Source of the DNA: an uncultured Planctomycetota bacterium
Lineage (GTDB): Bacteria; Planctomycetota; Planctomycetia; Isosphaerales; Isosphaeraceae
Direction: 5' to 3'
Assembly: GCA_963737655.1 (NCBI GenBank)
Contig: CAVTTN010000002.1
Location: forward strand, 7,264,001-7,328,000
Length of the DNA stretch: 64,000 nt
The notes beneath the pieces were generated by a model. It was not told the DNA's origin and made no database searches. It saw only the letters and a list, made by a program, of their open reading frames with translations. Numbering within the stretch: position 1 is the stretch's first letter; the number at the start of each line of letters is the position of its first letter. The translations under genes and the position numbers were made by a program. Positions 54,887 to 64,000 of the stretch are shown piece after piece.

Positions 54887-57127
54887 ATGAGCATCGGTAA
54901 ACGTCGGCCTCGACCCTCCCGGGCCCAGTTACGTCCGGCCCGCCCGATCGATATCCGCCAGGGGCGCCTGGCCCAGAAGCGGGCCCGCCTGATCGGCCTG
55001 GGCCTCGTCGTCGCCTCCACGCTCGCCGCCGCGGCCATCGTCCACGGCTCGGGGCCGCCGTTCACCTACCGGGTCGGCCTCCGCGCCGACCGCCAGCTCC
55101 GCGTGAACGTCCCGGAGTTCCGCCGCAAGGACCCGCTCAAGACCAACGCCGACCGCCAGGCCGCCGAGGCCAAGGTCGCCCCGAGGATGACCCACGACCC
55201 GGCCCCGATCCGCGAGCTCGCCGAGCAGTTCGAGGACCTGGTGGACGCCGTGGCCAAGGCGCCGACCCGCGAGGATCTCCCCCCCGAGATCGCCGGTTCG
55301 TGGGACCTCGACGCCCCCGGGTTCGCCGAGCTGAAGTCGGCCGCCGACACCCCGGCGCGTCGCGAGGCCCTCCATCGCCGGATCGCCGCCGCCTTCGCCC
55401 CGTTGCTCCGGGACGGCGTCCTCGGCCCCCAGGCCCTGCCGGCCGGCGAGGATGCCCAGTTGACGCTCATGGTCCGGCCCGTCGGCGCCCCGGGCGCCGC
55501 CCACGAGGTCCCCAAGGACCGCCTCGTCCCCGAGCGGATCAAGAAGCTCGACGGCCTGGTCGCCAGGGAATTCATCGCCGCCTTCGAGACCAATCCCCGG
55601 CTCGGGGCCCAGGTCTTCGCGCTGGTCTCCGAGCGGCTGAAGGGCACGCCCACGCTCAAGTACGAGGAAGCGGCGACGGTCCGCGACCGCGAGGCGGCCC
55701 GGTCGTTGGTCCAGGACGCCTACAAGACCTACCACGCCGGCGACGTCCTCGTCGCCCAGGACGAGAAGATCACCGACGACCACCTCGCCCTGCTCCGGCT
55801 CGAACACGACACCGCCGTGGCCTCGCTCCGCCCGACCGACCGCCTCCGCCGGGCCGGTTCGGTGGTCGTGGTCGTCGCGGCCCTCTTCGCCCTGATCGGC
55901 TACTACGTCGTCCGCAACGAGCCGAAGGTGGCCGAGAGCCCGAGGAAGGTCGCCGAGCTTTGCGGGCTGGTCGTCGCCGCCCTCGGGGTCGCCCGGATGC
56001 TGGCCGCCCAGCCCTGGGACGCCGAGCTGATCCCCGTGGCGCTCACGGCGATGATCCTCGCCATCGCTTACAACCCTCATTTCGCCCTGATGGTCAGCTT
56101 CGCCCTCTGCCTGATGACCAGCCTGGCCCTCGACGCCGGGCTCGCCCATTTCCTGGTCCTGATGGGCGGGACCGCGGCCGGGGTGCTCCTGCTCGGCGAG
56201 GTCCGCACCCGGACCAAGCCGATCCAGGTCGGCTTCGTGGCGGGCCTGGGCTACTTCGTCCTGACCTGGGCCACCGGGTTGTTCCAGGACCAGCCGATCG
56301 GCCTGGTCGCCTCCGAGGCATTCTGGCGAGGCTGCTGGGGCGTGATCGCCGGCTTCTTCCTCGGAGGGAGCCTGCCGTTCATCGAGAAGGCGTTCGGGAT
56401 CGTCACCGGCATCAGCCTGCTGGAGCTCGGGGACATCACCCACCCCTTGCTCCAGGAACTCGTCCGCCGGGCCCCGGGCACCCACAACCATTCGGTGACC
56501 GTGGGCACGATCGCCGAGGCCGCCGCCGAGCGGATCGGCGCCAATGCGCTGCTCGTCCGCATCGGGGCCTATTTCCACGACATCGGCAAGATGCTCAAGC
56601 CGCATTATTTCGTCGAGAACCTCGCCGGGGCGGCCAATCGTCACGCGAACCTCGCCCCGGCGATGAGCACCCTGATCATCGTCGGCCACGTCAAGGATGG
56701 CGTGGACCTGGGGCGTCAGCACCACCTGCCCGAACCCATCCTCGACCTGATCGAGCAGCATCACGGGACGACTCTCGTCGAATACTTCTATCGCGAGGCC
56801 ACCCGGCGATCGACGTGCGACCCGGACGCCGGGGCGGTCCAGGAGAGCGCCTTCCGCTACCCCGGCCCCAAGCCCCAGAGCCGCGAGGCGGGCATCCTGA
56901 TGATCTCCGACTGCGTCGAGAGCGCCAGCCGGACCCTCTCCGAACCCACTCCCGCGAGGATCGACGGCCTGGTGGCCGAGATGATCCAGAAACGGCTCGA
57001 CGACGGCCAGTTCGACGAGTGCGGGCTGACCCTCCGCGAGATCGCCGAGATCCGCGAGAGCCTGATCAAGTCGCTGATCGGCATCTATCATGGCCGGGTC
57101 AAGTACCCCGAGCAACGCACCGCCTAG
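54887..57127 (+). CDS. 7TM-HD phosphohydrolase (PgpH-like)
   Basis: Extracellular domain, about 7 TMs, APGTHNHS, YFHDIGK, HHGTT, FRYPGPKP. Confidence 0.92.
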   Translation: MSIGKRRPRPSRAQLRPARPIDIRQGRLAQKRARLIGLGLVVASTLAAAAIVHGSGPPFTYRVGLRADRQLRVNVPEFRRKDPLKTNADRQAAEAKVAPRMTHDPAPIRELAEQFEDLVDAVAKAPTREDLPPEIAGSWDLDAPGFAELKSAADTPARREALHRRIAAAFAPLLRDGVLGPQALPAGEDAQLTLMVRPVGAPGAAHEVPKDRLVPERIKKLDGLVAREFIAAFETNPRLGAQVFALVSERLKGTPTLKYEEAATVRDREAARSLVQDAYKTYHAGDVLVAQDEKITDDHLALLRLEHDTAVASLRPTDRLRRAGSVVVVVAALFALIGYYVVRNEPKVAESPRKVAELCGLVVAALGVARMLAAQPWDAELIPVALTAMILAIAYNPHFALMVSFALCLMTSLALDAGLAHFLVLMGGTAAGVLLLGEVRTRTKPIQVGFVAGLGYFVLTWATGLFQDQPIGLVASEAFWRGCWGVIAGFFLGGSLPFIEKAFGIVTGISLLELGDITHPLLQELVRRAPGTHNHSVTVGTIAEAAAERIGANALLVRIGAYFHDIGKMLKPHYFVENLAGAANRHANLAPAMSTLIIVGHVKDGVDLGRQHHLPEPILDLIEQHHGTTLVEYFYREATRRSTCDPDAGAVQESAFRYPGPKPQSREAGILMISDCVESASRTLSEPTPARIDGLVAEMIQKRLDDGQFDECGLTLREIAEIRESLIKSLIGIYHGRVKYPEQRTA

Positions 57128-57190
57128 GGTGCTCTTGTAGCATCGCCCCATCGCCTCGAACGTCGCTTCCCCCCCGCCAACGGCCCCATC

Positions 57191-57655
57191 GTGGATATCG
57201 AGATTACCGACGCGCAAGGACATCTTCCGATCGACGCCCCCGCGCTGGAGGCCCTGGCGGCCCGCGTCTTGCGGGGCGAGGGCGTGGACTCGGCCGCGAT
57301 CTCCATCGCGCTGGTGGACGATCCGGCGATCCGGGCCCTCAACGGCCGCCACCTCGATCATGACTGGCCCACCGACGTGATCACGTTCCGTCTCTCCGAA
57401 CCGGGCGACCCCGAGCTCCACGCCGAGCTCGTCATCTCGGCCGAGATGGCGGCGACGACGGCGAGGGAATCGGGCGTCGACCCTCGCGACGAGCTGGCGT
57501 TGTATCTCGTCCACGGCCTGCTGCACCTGTGCGGGTTCGACGACCGGGACGAGGAGTCGTCGCGGGCCATGAGGCGGAGGGAGGCGGAAGTCCTCGCCCG
57601 GGAAGGGATCGCCAACACGTTCGGCGCGGCCCCGTCGTCGGGGTCGGGACGGTGA
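57191..57655 (+). CDS. ybeY: rRNA maturation endoribonuclease YbeY
   Basis: PTDVITF; VHGLLHLCGFDD. Confidence 0.93.
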   Translation: MDIEITDAQGHLPIDAPALEALAARVLRGEGVDSAAISIALVDDPAIRALNGRHLDHDWPTDVITFRLSEPGDPELHAELVISAEMAATTARESGVDPRDELALYLVHGLLHLCGFDDRDEESSRAMRRREAEVLAREGIANTFGAAPSSGSGR

Positions 57656-58938
57656 GCGGCCTATCGACGGCACTCGCCCTGGTGGCGGGATTGGTCGCTC
57701 TGGCGGCCCACCTGATCTCGGTCTCCCTGACCCGGGCGTTGCGGACGTATTCACGGAGCCGCCTGGAAGAAGTCTGCGCGGCCCGGGGCCACCCCGAGCG
57801 CGCCGCCGAGGTCGCCCACTTCGACGAGAAGGCCGAGCGAGGGGCCGAGGCGCTGGCCGTCCTCAGCGGGCTGGCCCTGGCGGCCCTCCTGGGAGCGAGC
57901 GTGGCCAGGGCCGCGCCGAAGCTCGCGGGCGAGGCCGTCGTGGCGATCGCCTTGACCCTGGGCGGGATCGGCCACGTGATCGCCGGGGTCTTCGGCCGGG
58001 TCCACGCCGAGGCCGTCCTCGATCGCCTCTGGCCCCTGGCCGACCTGATCCGCCGGGCCATGACCCCCTTGACCGCCCCCGCCCGATGGGCCGAGGCCCA
58101 GGCGTATCGGCGATTCCGCCGGGGGACCGCGCTGCGGCCCCAGAGCGTCGAGGTCGAGCTCCACACCGCCTCGGACCTCCCCGAACAGGACCTGGAGGCC
58201 GACCTCCCCGAGGCCACCCGGGCCCTCGTGGAGCGAGCCGTCGAGCTCGCCCATCGCGACGTCTCCGAGCTGATGACGCCCCGATCCTCCATGGTCTGCC
58301 TCCCCGCGACGACCTCCGCCCTCGAGGCCGCCCGCGTCTTCACCGACACCGGCCGGAGCCGCGTCCCCCTGTTCGGCGAGCATCGCGACGACATCGTGGG
58401 CGTCCTCTACGCCAAGGACCTGTTCCCTCGCCTGATCGACGGCGATCCGGCCTCGGCCTCCCCGAAGAAACTCGCCCGGCCGCCGATGTTCGTCCCCGAG
58501 ACTAAGAACGCGGCCGAGCTCCTGGAGGAGTTCCGCACCCGCCGCGTCCAGATCGCCATCGTCCTGGACGAATACGGGGGCGTCGCCGGCCTCGTCACCC
58601 TCGAAGACCTCCTGGAAGAGCTCGTCGGGCCGATCGACGACGAGCACGACGAGCCCACGCCCGCCGATCCGGTCGTCCCCCTGGGCGGGTCGGTCTACGA
58701 GGTGGACGCCTCGATGTCGATCGAGGACCTGAACGAGCGATTGAACCTGCATCTGCCGACGGATGCCGATTTCCAGACCGTCGGCGGCCTCGCCTTCGAC
58801 GCCCTCGGCCGCCTGCCCGAGCCCGGCGCCTCGTTCCGCCGCGACGGCATCGAGTTCACGGTCCTGGAAGTCGCCGACCACTCGATCAAGAAGCTCCGGC
58901 TGGACCTCCAACCGGCGGAGGCCGTCGGCGGGGGGTGA
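57652..58938 (+). CDS. CNNM/CBS/CorC (hemolysin-family) protein
   Basis: TM region; [25 protein letters not shown], CorC tail; GTGA overlap with ybeY. Confidence 0.92.
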   Translation: MSGLSTALALVAGLVALAAHLISVSLTRALRTYSRSRLEEVCAARGHPERAAEVAHFDEKAERGAEALAVLSGLALAALLGASVARAAPKLAGEAVVAIALTLGGIGHVIAGVFGRVHAEAVLDRLWPLADLIRRAMTPLTAPARWAEAQAYRRFRRGTALRPQSVEVELHTASDLPEQDLEADLPEATRALVERAVELAHRDVSELMTPRSSMVCLPATTSALEAARVFTDTGRSRVPLFGEHRDDIVGVLYAKDLFPRLIDGDPASASPKKLARPPMFVPETKNAAELLEEFRTRRVQIAIVLDEYGGVAGLVTLEDLLEELVGPIDDEHDEPTPADPVVPLGGSVYEVDASMSIEDLNERLNLHLPTDADFQTVGGLAFDALGRLPEPGASFRRDGIEFTVLEVADHSIKKLRLDLQPAEAVGGG

Positions 58939-59020
58939 TCTCGCCGGCCGACGGCACCGCCCGGCTGGACCGCTCCGCCTCGATCGGTCAGAATGGATGG
59001 GGTGAGCGGGAGGGCCGATC

Positions 59021-59770
59021 ATGGCGAGCGCCGGTGTCGGGATTTCGGGGATCGACCACGCCGGGCTTCGCCCGGAATCGGTCGAATTGCCCCTCCTGGA
59101 GAACGGCGATCGCCTGGATCGCCGCGAGTTCGAGCGGCGGTTCGACGCCATGCCTTCGCTGAAGAAGGCGGAACTGATCGAGGGGACCGTCTTCATGGCC
59201 TCGCCCGTGGGGCATCAGAAGCATGGCAAGCCCCATGCTCAGGTGATTTCCTGGCTCTCGTATTACCTCCTCCATACCCCCGGGGTGGACGGTGGCGCCG
59301 ACTCTTCGATCCGCCTCGACCGGCAGAATATGCCCCAGCCCGATGCGTTCCTGGACGTCCTCCCGGATAGGGGCGGACGGGTCCGCATCGACGGGGACGA
59401 CTACCTCGTGACGACGCCCGAGCTGGTCGTCGAGGTGGCATCCAGCAGTGCGAGCTACGACCTCCACGGGAAGCTCCGGGTCTATCTCGCCCACGGGACG
59501 CCCGAATATGTCGTCTGGAGGACCCGCGACCGGGCGATCGACTGGTTCCTCCTCCGCGGCGGCGTTTATGAAAAGCTTGCGATCGGGGCGGACGGACTCT
59601 ATCGGGGCGAGGTCTTCCCCGGCCTGTGGCTCGACCCCGCGGCCCTGATGGACGACGACCGCGCCGCGAGCCTCCGGGCCTGGGAGGCGGGCCTCGCCTC
59701 GCCCGAGCATGCGGAGTTCGTCGCTCGCCTCGCGATCGATCGGCATGAGGAAACGCCCCCGACGATCTGA
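59021..59770 (+). CDS. Uma2-family protein
   Basis: LENGDRL.R.EF, AELIEG, QPDA, PELVVEVASSSASYD. Confidence 0.9.
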   Translation: MASAGVGISGIDHAGLRPESVELPLLENGDRLDRREFERRFDAMPSLKKAELIEGTVFMASPVGHQKHGKPHAQVISWLSYYLLHTPGVDGGADSSIRLDRQNMPQPDAFLDVLPDRGGRVRIDGDDYLVTTPELVVEVASSSASYDLHGKLRVYLAHGTPEYVVWRTRDRAIDWFLLRGGVYEKLAIGADGLYRGEVFPGLWLDPAALMDDDRAASLRAWEAGLASPEHAEFVARLAIDRHEETPPTI

Positions 59771-59802
59771 CCGCCGGAACCGCTTCAAGGAGTCGATCGA
59801 TC

Positions 59803-60521
59803 ATGGCGAGCGTCATCGCAGAACCGTCGAAACCGTGCCAGCCCGACGTTGCAGCCGTCCCTCCCCTGGAGAACGGCGATCGGCTGACTCGCGACGAGTT
59901 CGAGCGTCGCTACGCCGCGATGCCGTACCTCAAGAAGGCCGAGCTGATCGAAGGGGTTGTCTATATGATGACGATCGTGTCCTACGGGGGGCACGCGGCC
60001 CCTCATTTCGACCTCATCACATGGCTTGGCCTTTATCAGATGGGGACGCCCGGGGTCGAGGGCGGGGACAATGGCTCGATCCGGCTGGACCTGGACAACA
60101 TGCCGCAGCCCGACGCCTTCCTGATCGTCCGGCCCGATCTTGGCGGCCAGACGAGGGTCGGCGAGGACGATCGCCTGGAAGGGGCCCCGGAGTTCGTGGC
60201 GGAGGTGGCTTCGAGTTCGGCGAGCTACGATCTCCACGCCAAGAAGAATGCCTATCGCCGCAACGGGGTCCGCGAATACCTCGTCTGGAAGACCCGCGAG
60301 AAGGCCTTCGAGTGGTTCGCGCTCCACGAGGGGGAGTATCGCCGGATCGAGCCCGGCCCGACGGCCTCCTCCGGAGCGACGTCTTCCCCGGCCTGTGGCT
60401 CGACGCCTCCGCGATCCTCCGGCGAGACATGCCCGCCGTGGCCCGGGCGCTCCAACTGGGCCTCGCCTCGCCCGAGCTTGCGGCGTTCGTCGATCGGTTG
60501 AATCCCCGGGTTCCGGGCTGA
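59803..60521 (+). CDS. Uma2-family protein, tandem paralog (1-nt frameshift near 60358)
   Basis: Same motifs as the neighbour; the C-terminus DGLLRSDVFPGLWLD is in the shifted frame and ends at 60521. Confidence 0.87.
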
Positions 60522-60525
60522 CCCG

Positions 60526-61258
60526 ATGCCGGCCATCCGCACCCCGGCCCTGGTGATCCGCTCGGTGGACGTCTTCGAGACGAGCCGGGTGCTCACGCTG
60601 TTCACCCGTGAGGCTCGGCAAGGTCTCGGCGCTGGCCAAGGGGGCGAGGCGGCTGAAGTCGCCTTTCGGTTCCGGGCTTGACCTCCTCAGCGTTTGCGAT
60701 ATCGTGCTGCTCCACAAAGCGAGCGATGCGCTCGACCTCCTGACCGAGGCCGTGCTGATCGAGCGTTTCGAGTCCTTTCGTCGCGACGTGTCGTCGCTCT
60801 ACGCCGGCTTCTACATCGCCGAGCTCCTCCACGACCTGACCGACCCCCACGACCCGCATCCCCGCCTGTTCGACGCCGCCCAGGTGACCCTCCGCCACCT
60901 GGGCGAGCCGAGCATGCGACCCCGGAGGGTCCTGCGGTTCGAGCTGGCGTTCCTGAGGGAAATGGGCCTGATGCCGGCCCTGGAGGCGTGCGTGCATTGC
61001 GGGGAGCCCGTGGAGACGACCGGAGACGCGGTGGCGTTCGGCCTGGCCACCGGAGGGGTGCTCTGCCCCGGGTGCCGGCCGGGTCAGCCCCACGTGGCCA
61101 CCGTCTCCGGCCGGACGATCGCGGCGCTGAAGGCCCTGGCCGAGCCGGGCGACTCGTGGAGGGCCCCGGGCCTGCCGATCGCCTCGGCGAGGGCGACGCT
61201 CGGGGCCGTGATGAGCCACCTGATGGGAAGGCGACCGAAGATGCTGTCCTATCTCTGA
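60526..61258 (+). CDS. recO: DNA repair protein RecO (extra base near 60611)
   Basis: MPAIRTPALVIRSVDVFETSRVLTLFTRE + LGKVSALAKGARR; C-terminal CVHC...CPGC zinc finger. Confidence 0.92.
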
Positions 61259-61361
61259 CGGACCGACCAGGCCCGACGACCGGGGCCCCGCGATCGGGCC
61301 CGATTGGCCGATCGCGAGGGATCGCAGGATGCGAGCCTCGGCCCCCACGGAACGGATTCCG

Positions 61362-62792
61362 ATGAAATCGACGCCCCCCCACAACGACCCGAGGCCCCCG
61401 ACCGCGCCCGAACCCCGGGCCCGTCGCCTCCCCATCGCCGGGCTGGTCGTCGCCGTGGCGGCGGCCTCGGCGGGGTGCCAGGGCGGCACCGGCGTCCTCC
61501 GTCGATGGTCGACCACCCGAGACGAGACCCTGGCCAAGCCCCTGACCGACGCCGAATACGGCGACGCCAAGGGCCTGGTCGGCCGATGGCTCAACCCCAA
61601 GGCGCCGATGTCCGCCGCCGGGACCGAGCGAGTCGATCCCCTCCTCGCCTTCCAGAAGCGCGAGCACACCGCCGAGGACAAGAAGGCCGAGGACGACTTC
61701 AAGGCCGCCTTCGCCCTCTATCAACAGGGCAAGCTCAGCGAGGCCGAGAAACAGTTCGACGCCATCGACCGCGCCCAGATCGAGAAGAAGGGCACGGTGG
61801 TCGATCGGCTGTTCGCCGACACCAAGGCCAAGAAGGGGGACGGTGCCGACGGGATCGACGTGAAGTCCGGCCGCCGCCAGTCCTCGGTCGGCGAGAAGGC
61901 GCTGTTCTACCTGGCCGAGTGCCAGTACCAGCAGGGCCAGTTCGTCCGGGCCGACGCCTCGTATCAGAAGTTGATGAACACCTATCCCGGCAGCCCTCAC
62001 CTGGATATCGCCGTGAAGCGGCAGTTCGCCATCGCCTGCGCCTGGCTCGACGCCGGCGACCCGAAGGCCAAGCCCGAGCACCCGCCCTCGTGGTTCGACC
62101 ACTTCAACGGCCGGATGCCGCTGATCGACGTGGACGGCTACGCCATCAAGGCCCTGGAGCACGTCCGGGTCCAGGACCCGACCGGCCCCCTGGCCGACGT
62201 CGCCACCATGAAGATCGCCGAACACCACATGAAGGTCGAGGCCTGGGAAGACGCCTCCAGCACCTACGACCTCCTGATCTCCGACTACCCCAAGAGCAAG
62301 CTCCTCCGCCAGGCCCAGCTCGGCAGCATCGACGCCAAGATGAAGAACTACCTCGGCCCCGCCTACGACTCCGAGGGCCTGGAGCAGGCGAGGAAGCTCA
62401 TCAAGCAGGTCCTCAACGACTCCCCCGAGCGCCAGGCCTCCACCAACGACAAGCTCTATCACGACCTCGACCTGATCGCCGACCAGCAGGCCGAGATCGC
62501 CTTCCGCAACGGCCAGTTCTACAAGCAAACCGGCTACGTCTCGGGCGCCGAGTTCTACTTCGGAGAGGTCCGCTCCCGCTGGCCCAAGAGCCCCTGGGCC
62601 GAGAAGTCCAAGGTGGAGATGGCCGGACTCGCGAAGATGAAGCGCAAGCAGGCCCTGCCCAGCAAGATCCTCCTCCTCCCCGGGGCGCCCGACCCCTCGT
62701 CGGTCGGCAACAGCTCCGGCAGCATGGCCACCAACCCCGGCGGCATGATGGGCGGAGGTGGCGGCATGCCCACCGGCGGCGGGCCGAACTGA
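61362..62792 (+). CDS. BamD-like TPR lipoprotein
   Basis: Lipobox SAGC; TPR helices with YPGS, YPKS and WPKS turns. Confidence 0.75.
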   Translation: MKSTPPHNDPRPPTAPEPRARRLPIAGLVVAVAAASAGCQGGTGVLRRWSTTRDETLAKPLTDAEYGDAKGLVGRWLNPKAPMSAAGTERVDPLLAFQKREHTAEDKKAEDDFKAAFALYQQGKLSEAEKQFDAIDRAQIEKKGTVVDRLFADTKAKKGDGADGIDVKSGRRQSSVGEKALFYLAECQYQQGQFVRADASYQKLMNTYPGSPHLDIAVKRQFAIACAWLDAGDPKAKPEHPPSWFDHFNGRMPLIDVDGYAIKALEHVRVQDPTGPLADVATMKIAEHHMKVEAWEDASSTYDLLISDYPKSKLLRQAQLGSIDAKMKNYLGPAYDSEGLEQARKLIKQVLNDSPERQASTNDKLYHDLDLIADQQAEIAFRNGQFYKQTGYVSGAEFYFGEVRSRWPKSPWAEKSKVEMAGLAKMKRKQALPSKILLLPGAPDPSSVGNSSGSMATNPGGMMGGGGGMPTGGGPN

Positions 62793-62921
62793 CCCGAACC
62801 AGGCGTGATCGCGGATCGTTGGGCGATCGAGGAGTCTTCGGCGATGGAACCAGCCGGCGAGAACCGGGATCAGCGGTCGCCTCGATCCCTCGGACCAATC
62901 CCGAACCCGGGGCGACCGCTC

Positions 62922-63515
62922 ATGAAGACCCTCCGCCGTCTCCTGCTGGTCGCCGTGAGCCTGACCGCCTCGGGCGGCTGCGGCTACACCCTCCGAACGC
63001 CGTATAATCGCGAGCTGAAAACGATCTACGTGCCGATGTTCAAGTCGCAACGGTTCCGCCGCGATTTGAACCTCCAGCTCACCCAGCTCGTCCAGCAGGA
63101 GATCCAGACGAGGACGCCCTACCGGATCGTCAACACGCCCGAGCAGGCCGATTGCCGGCTCGACGGCGTGATCACCTACGACGACAAGAATATCATCGTC
63201 GAGAACCCGAACAACCTGCCCCGGCACCTCCAGGCCAGCATGTACGTGACGGTTAGCTTCACCGACAACCGCACCGGGGTCACCACCACGAAGGTCTCGC
63301 CCCCGGCGTTCGTGGCCGAGGCCGCCCCGTTCTACCCCGAAATCGGCGACACGGCCGAGCTCGGCTTCCAGAAGGTCATGCAGAAGCTCGCCCGGGACAT
63401 CGCCAGCATGATGGAAGACCCCTGGGGCGACGAATACCGAGAAGACCCCGACGTCCCGCCCATCGACCCCGACGACCGACCCGACCCCAGGCCCGGGATG
63501 CGCCGGCCCCAGTAG
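62922..63515 (+). CDS. lptE: LPS assembly lipoprotein LptE-like
   Basis: GGCGY lipobox; KTIYVPMF; LA.DI...ME. Confidence 0.75.
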   Translation: MKTLRRLLLVAVSLTASGGCGYTLRTPYNRELKTIYVPMFKSQRFRRDLNLQLTQLVQQEIQTRTPYRIVNTPEQADCRLDGVITYDDKNIIVENPNNLPRHLQASMYVTVSFTDNRTGVTTTKVSPPAFVAEAAPFYPEIGDTAELGFQKVMQKLARDIASMMEDPWGDEYREDPDVPPIDPDDRPDPRPGMRRPQ

Positions 63516-63676
63516 ACGAAGACAACGGGCGGAAGAGGGCCTGACCAGCCGCTCGCCGGATTCGGAGGAGGACTGAGCGAGAGAGCGACCCTCGCCCTCC
63601 TTCCCCGATCGCCCGAGCCGCGGTATCCTGGTCGGGATGCGCGTCGCGGACCCGACCGGGAGATGAATCGATCGCC

Positions 63677-64000
63677 ATGAGAGTCGCCAAGCTTGCTCTG
63701 GAGGATGGGACGGTCTACACGGGCCGGGGGTTCGGGGCCGTCGGGGAAGTGGATGGCGAGGTCGTGTTCAATACGAGCATGACCGGGTATCAAGAAATCC
63801 TCACCGATCCCTCGTACCACGGCCAGATTGTGGCCATGACCTATCCCCTGATCGGCAATTACGGGGTGAACGCCGAGGACGTGGAGAGCGGCCGGCCGTG
63901 GGTCCGCGGGTTCGTGGTCCGCGAGCTCAGCCGGGTCACGAGCAACCACCGGGCGGCCGGATCGCTCGACGATTACCTCGCCCGCAACGGGATTCCGGGC
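63677..64000 (+). CDS. carA: Carbamoyl-phosphate synthase small subunit (5' part)
   Basis: [11 protein letters not shown]...[37 protein letters not shown]. Confidence 0.96.
   Translation, partial: MRVAKLALEDGTVYTGRGFGAVGEVDGEVVFNTSMTGYQEILTDPSYHGQIVAMTYPLIGNYGVNAEDVESGRPWVRGFVVRELSRVTSNHRAAGSLDDYLARNGIPG

Overview
GC-rich chromosomal window that looks like a planctomycete (Isosphaeraceae-like). This is inferred from an ECF sigma/Ser-Thr kinase pair, PEP-CTERM proteins, three Uma2 paralogs, DUF1573 plus a tetraheme cytochrome, Gly/Tyr-rich secreted proteins and a DUF4058 remnant. It holds about 58 coding regions. Housekeeping genes include mntH (partial), cbiG, recN, proA, folP, hemW, an RRM protein, phoH-7TM/HD-ybeY-CBS/CorC, recO, a BamD-like protein, lptE and carA (partial). 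Accessory loci include a hicBA pair, glycosyltransferases, esterases, an amidase, a CHAP/NlpC-like amidase, an orphan ParB-like protein and an FHA pseudokinase. I saw no tRNA, rRNA, CRISPR array, integrase or transposase. Eight genes carry single-base frameshifts, mostly at short G/C runs, which are most likely assembly errors. The most interesting unexplained signals are: (i) a ~200-nt rod-like structured intergenic element at 5827-6025, a candidate ncRNA; (ii) an identical 38-bp bulged hairpin after each of two PEP-CTERM genes that lie divergent from an ECF/kinase pair; (iii) several REP-like or long palindromic elements. All family calls come from motifs recognised by eye, not from database searches.
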